Position numbers and translations under genes: made by a program. Source: Octopus sinensis (Eukaryota). From it: 64,000 nt of DNA. The notes under the pieces were generated by a model, which saw nothing but the letters and a program-made list of their open reading frames with translations, was not told where the DNA came from and made no database searches. The stretch is from contig NC_042998.1 in the NCBI RefSeq assembly GCF_006345805.1, positions 53,692,001 through 53,756,000 of the forward strand, in the 5' to 3' direction. Shown here piece after piece: positions 63,448-64,000 of the stretch; position 1 is the stretch's first letter, and each line of letters starts with the position of its first letter.

Positions 63448-64000
63448 ACTCTCATACTATATACATGACTACATGCATAAGTACCTACAAACATTCATAC
63501 AAGCACACACAATGCAAACATACATACACACACAAATCTGCACATATAGATACAGACAAACAAAAATAACCTGTTGATGTTGAAATTCCAATGAAGGAGC
63601 CTTGGATCTAGGTTAGAAACTGGCTCTTTCTCTATTAGTGAGCAATCTTGAAATAAAACTGAATGATGACATACATACATACATACATATATATTGGGTT
63701 GGCCAAAGAGTTCATTCACTTTTAGACTAAACAGAACAAGAGGAGACATGTGGGATAGAGAGTCACTGAAGGGGTCACAGGATGTGTGACAAAAGATTTC
63801 AAAAAAAGGTCACTAAGATAAGAATAATAATAAAGCTGAAGTGAAGACCAAGTACATAGTGCATGTGGTTAATTGACAAAAACCACTAAAAAAAAAAACG
63901 AATTATTTTCCCCAAATATAACAATATAAGACAGAAGCTTTAAACATAAAGTGATGTATTCAGTCAATGAGGGGAAGTCAAAAATTATCCGCACTTTCAC

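Overview
AT-rich, microsatellite-dense eukaryotic DNA. The repeat families resemble those I recall from octopus genomes; the organism is an inference, not something the sequence states. I found no convincing host protein-coding gene, rRNA, real tRNA or CRISPR array, so the window reads as intergenic or intronic DNA built from transposon debris. That debris includes a decayed Ty3/Gypsy pol, RTE-clade LINE fragments plus many short RTE-tail elements with (GAT)n tails, and two Penelope-like (GIY-YIG) retroelement remnants. It also includes Tigger/pogo, mariner, Tc1 and DD37D transposase remnants, piggyBac-like and Helentron-like non-autonomous elements, and at least four tRNA-derived SINE families. 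Most ORFs in the six-frame track are microsatellite translations. The most interesting signal is at 12.8-13.7 kb: a ~455-bp unit, tandemly duplicated, that is mostly a ~345-bp palindrome and carries hammerhead ribozyme cores on both strands. This predicts a ~456-nt rod-like, possibly circular RNA with ribozymes in both polarities (retrozyme/viroid-like). Two further hammerhead-like motifs occur, one in a Penelope terminal region and one in a small inverted-repeat element downstream of a Pol III-type promoter. There are also two apparent template-switch insertions of nearby DNA into RTE-tail elements, a third short local duplication, several near-perfect palindromes next to (TA)n, and a 1.6-kb tandem duplication with microsatellite breakpoints. 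Repeat boundaries were read by eye and are approximate unless exact motifs are quoted.
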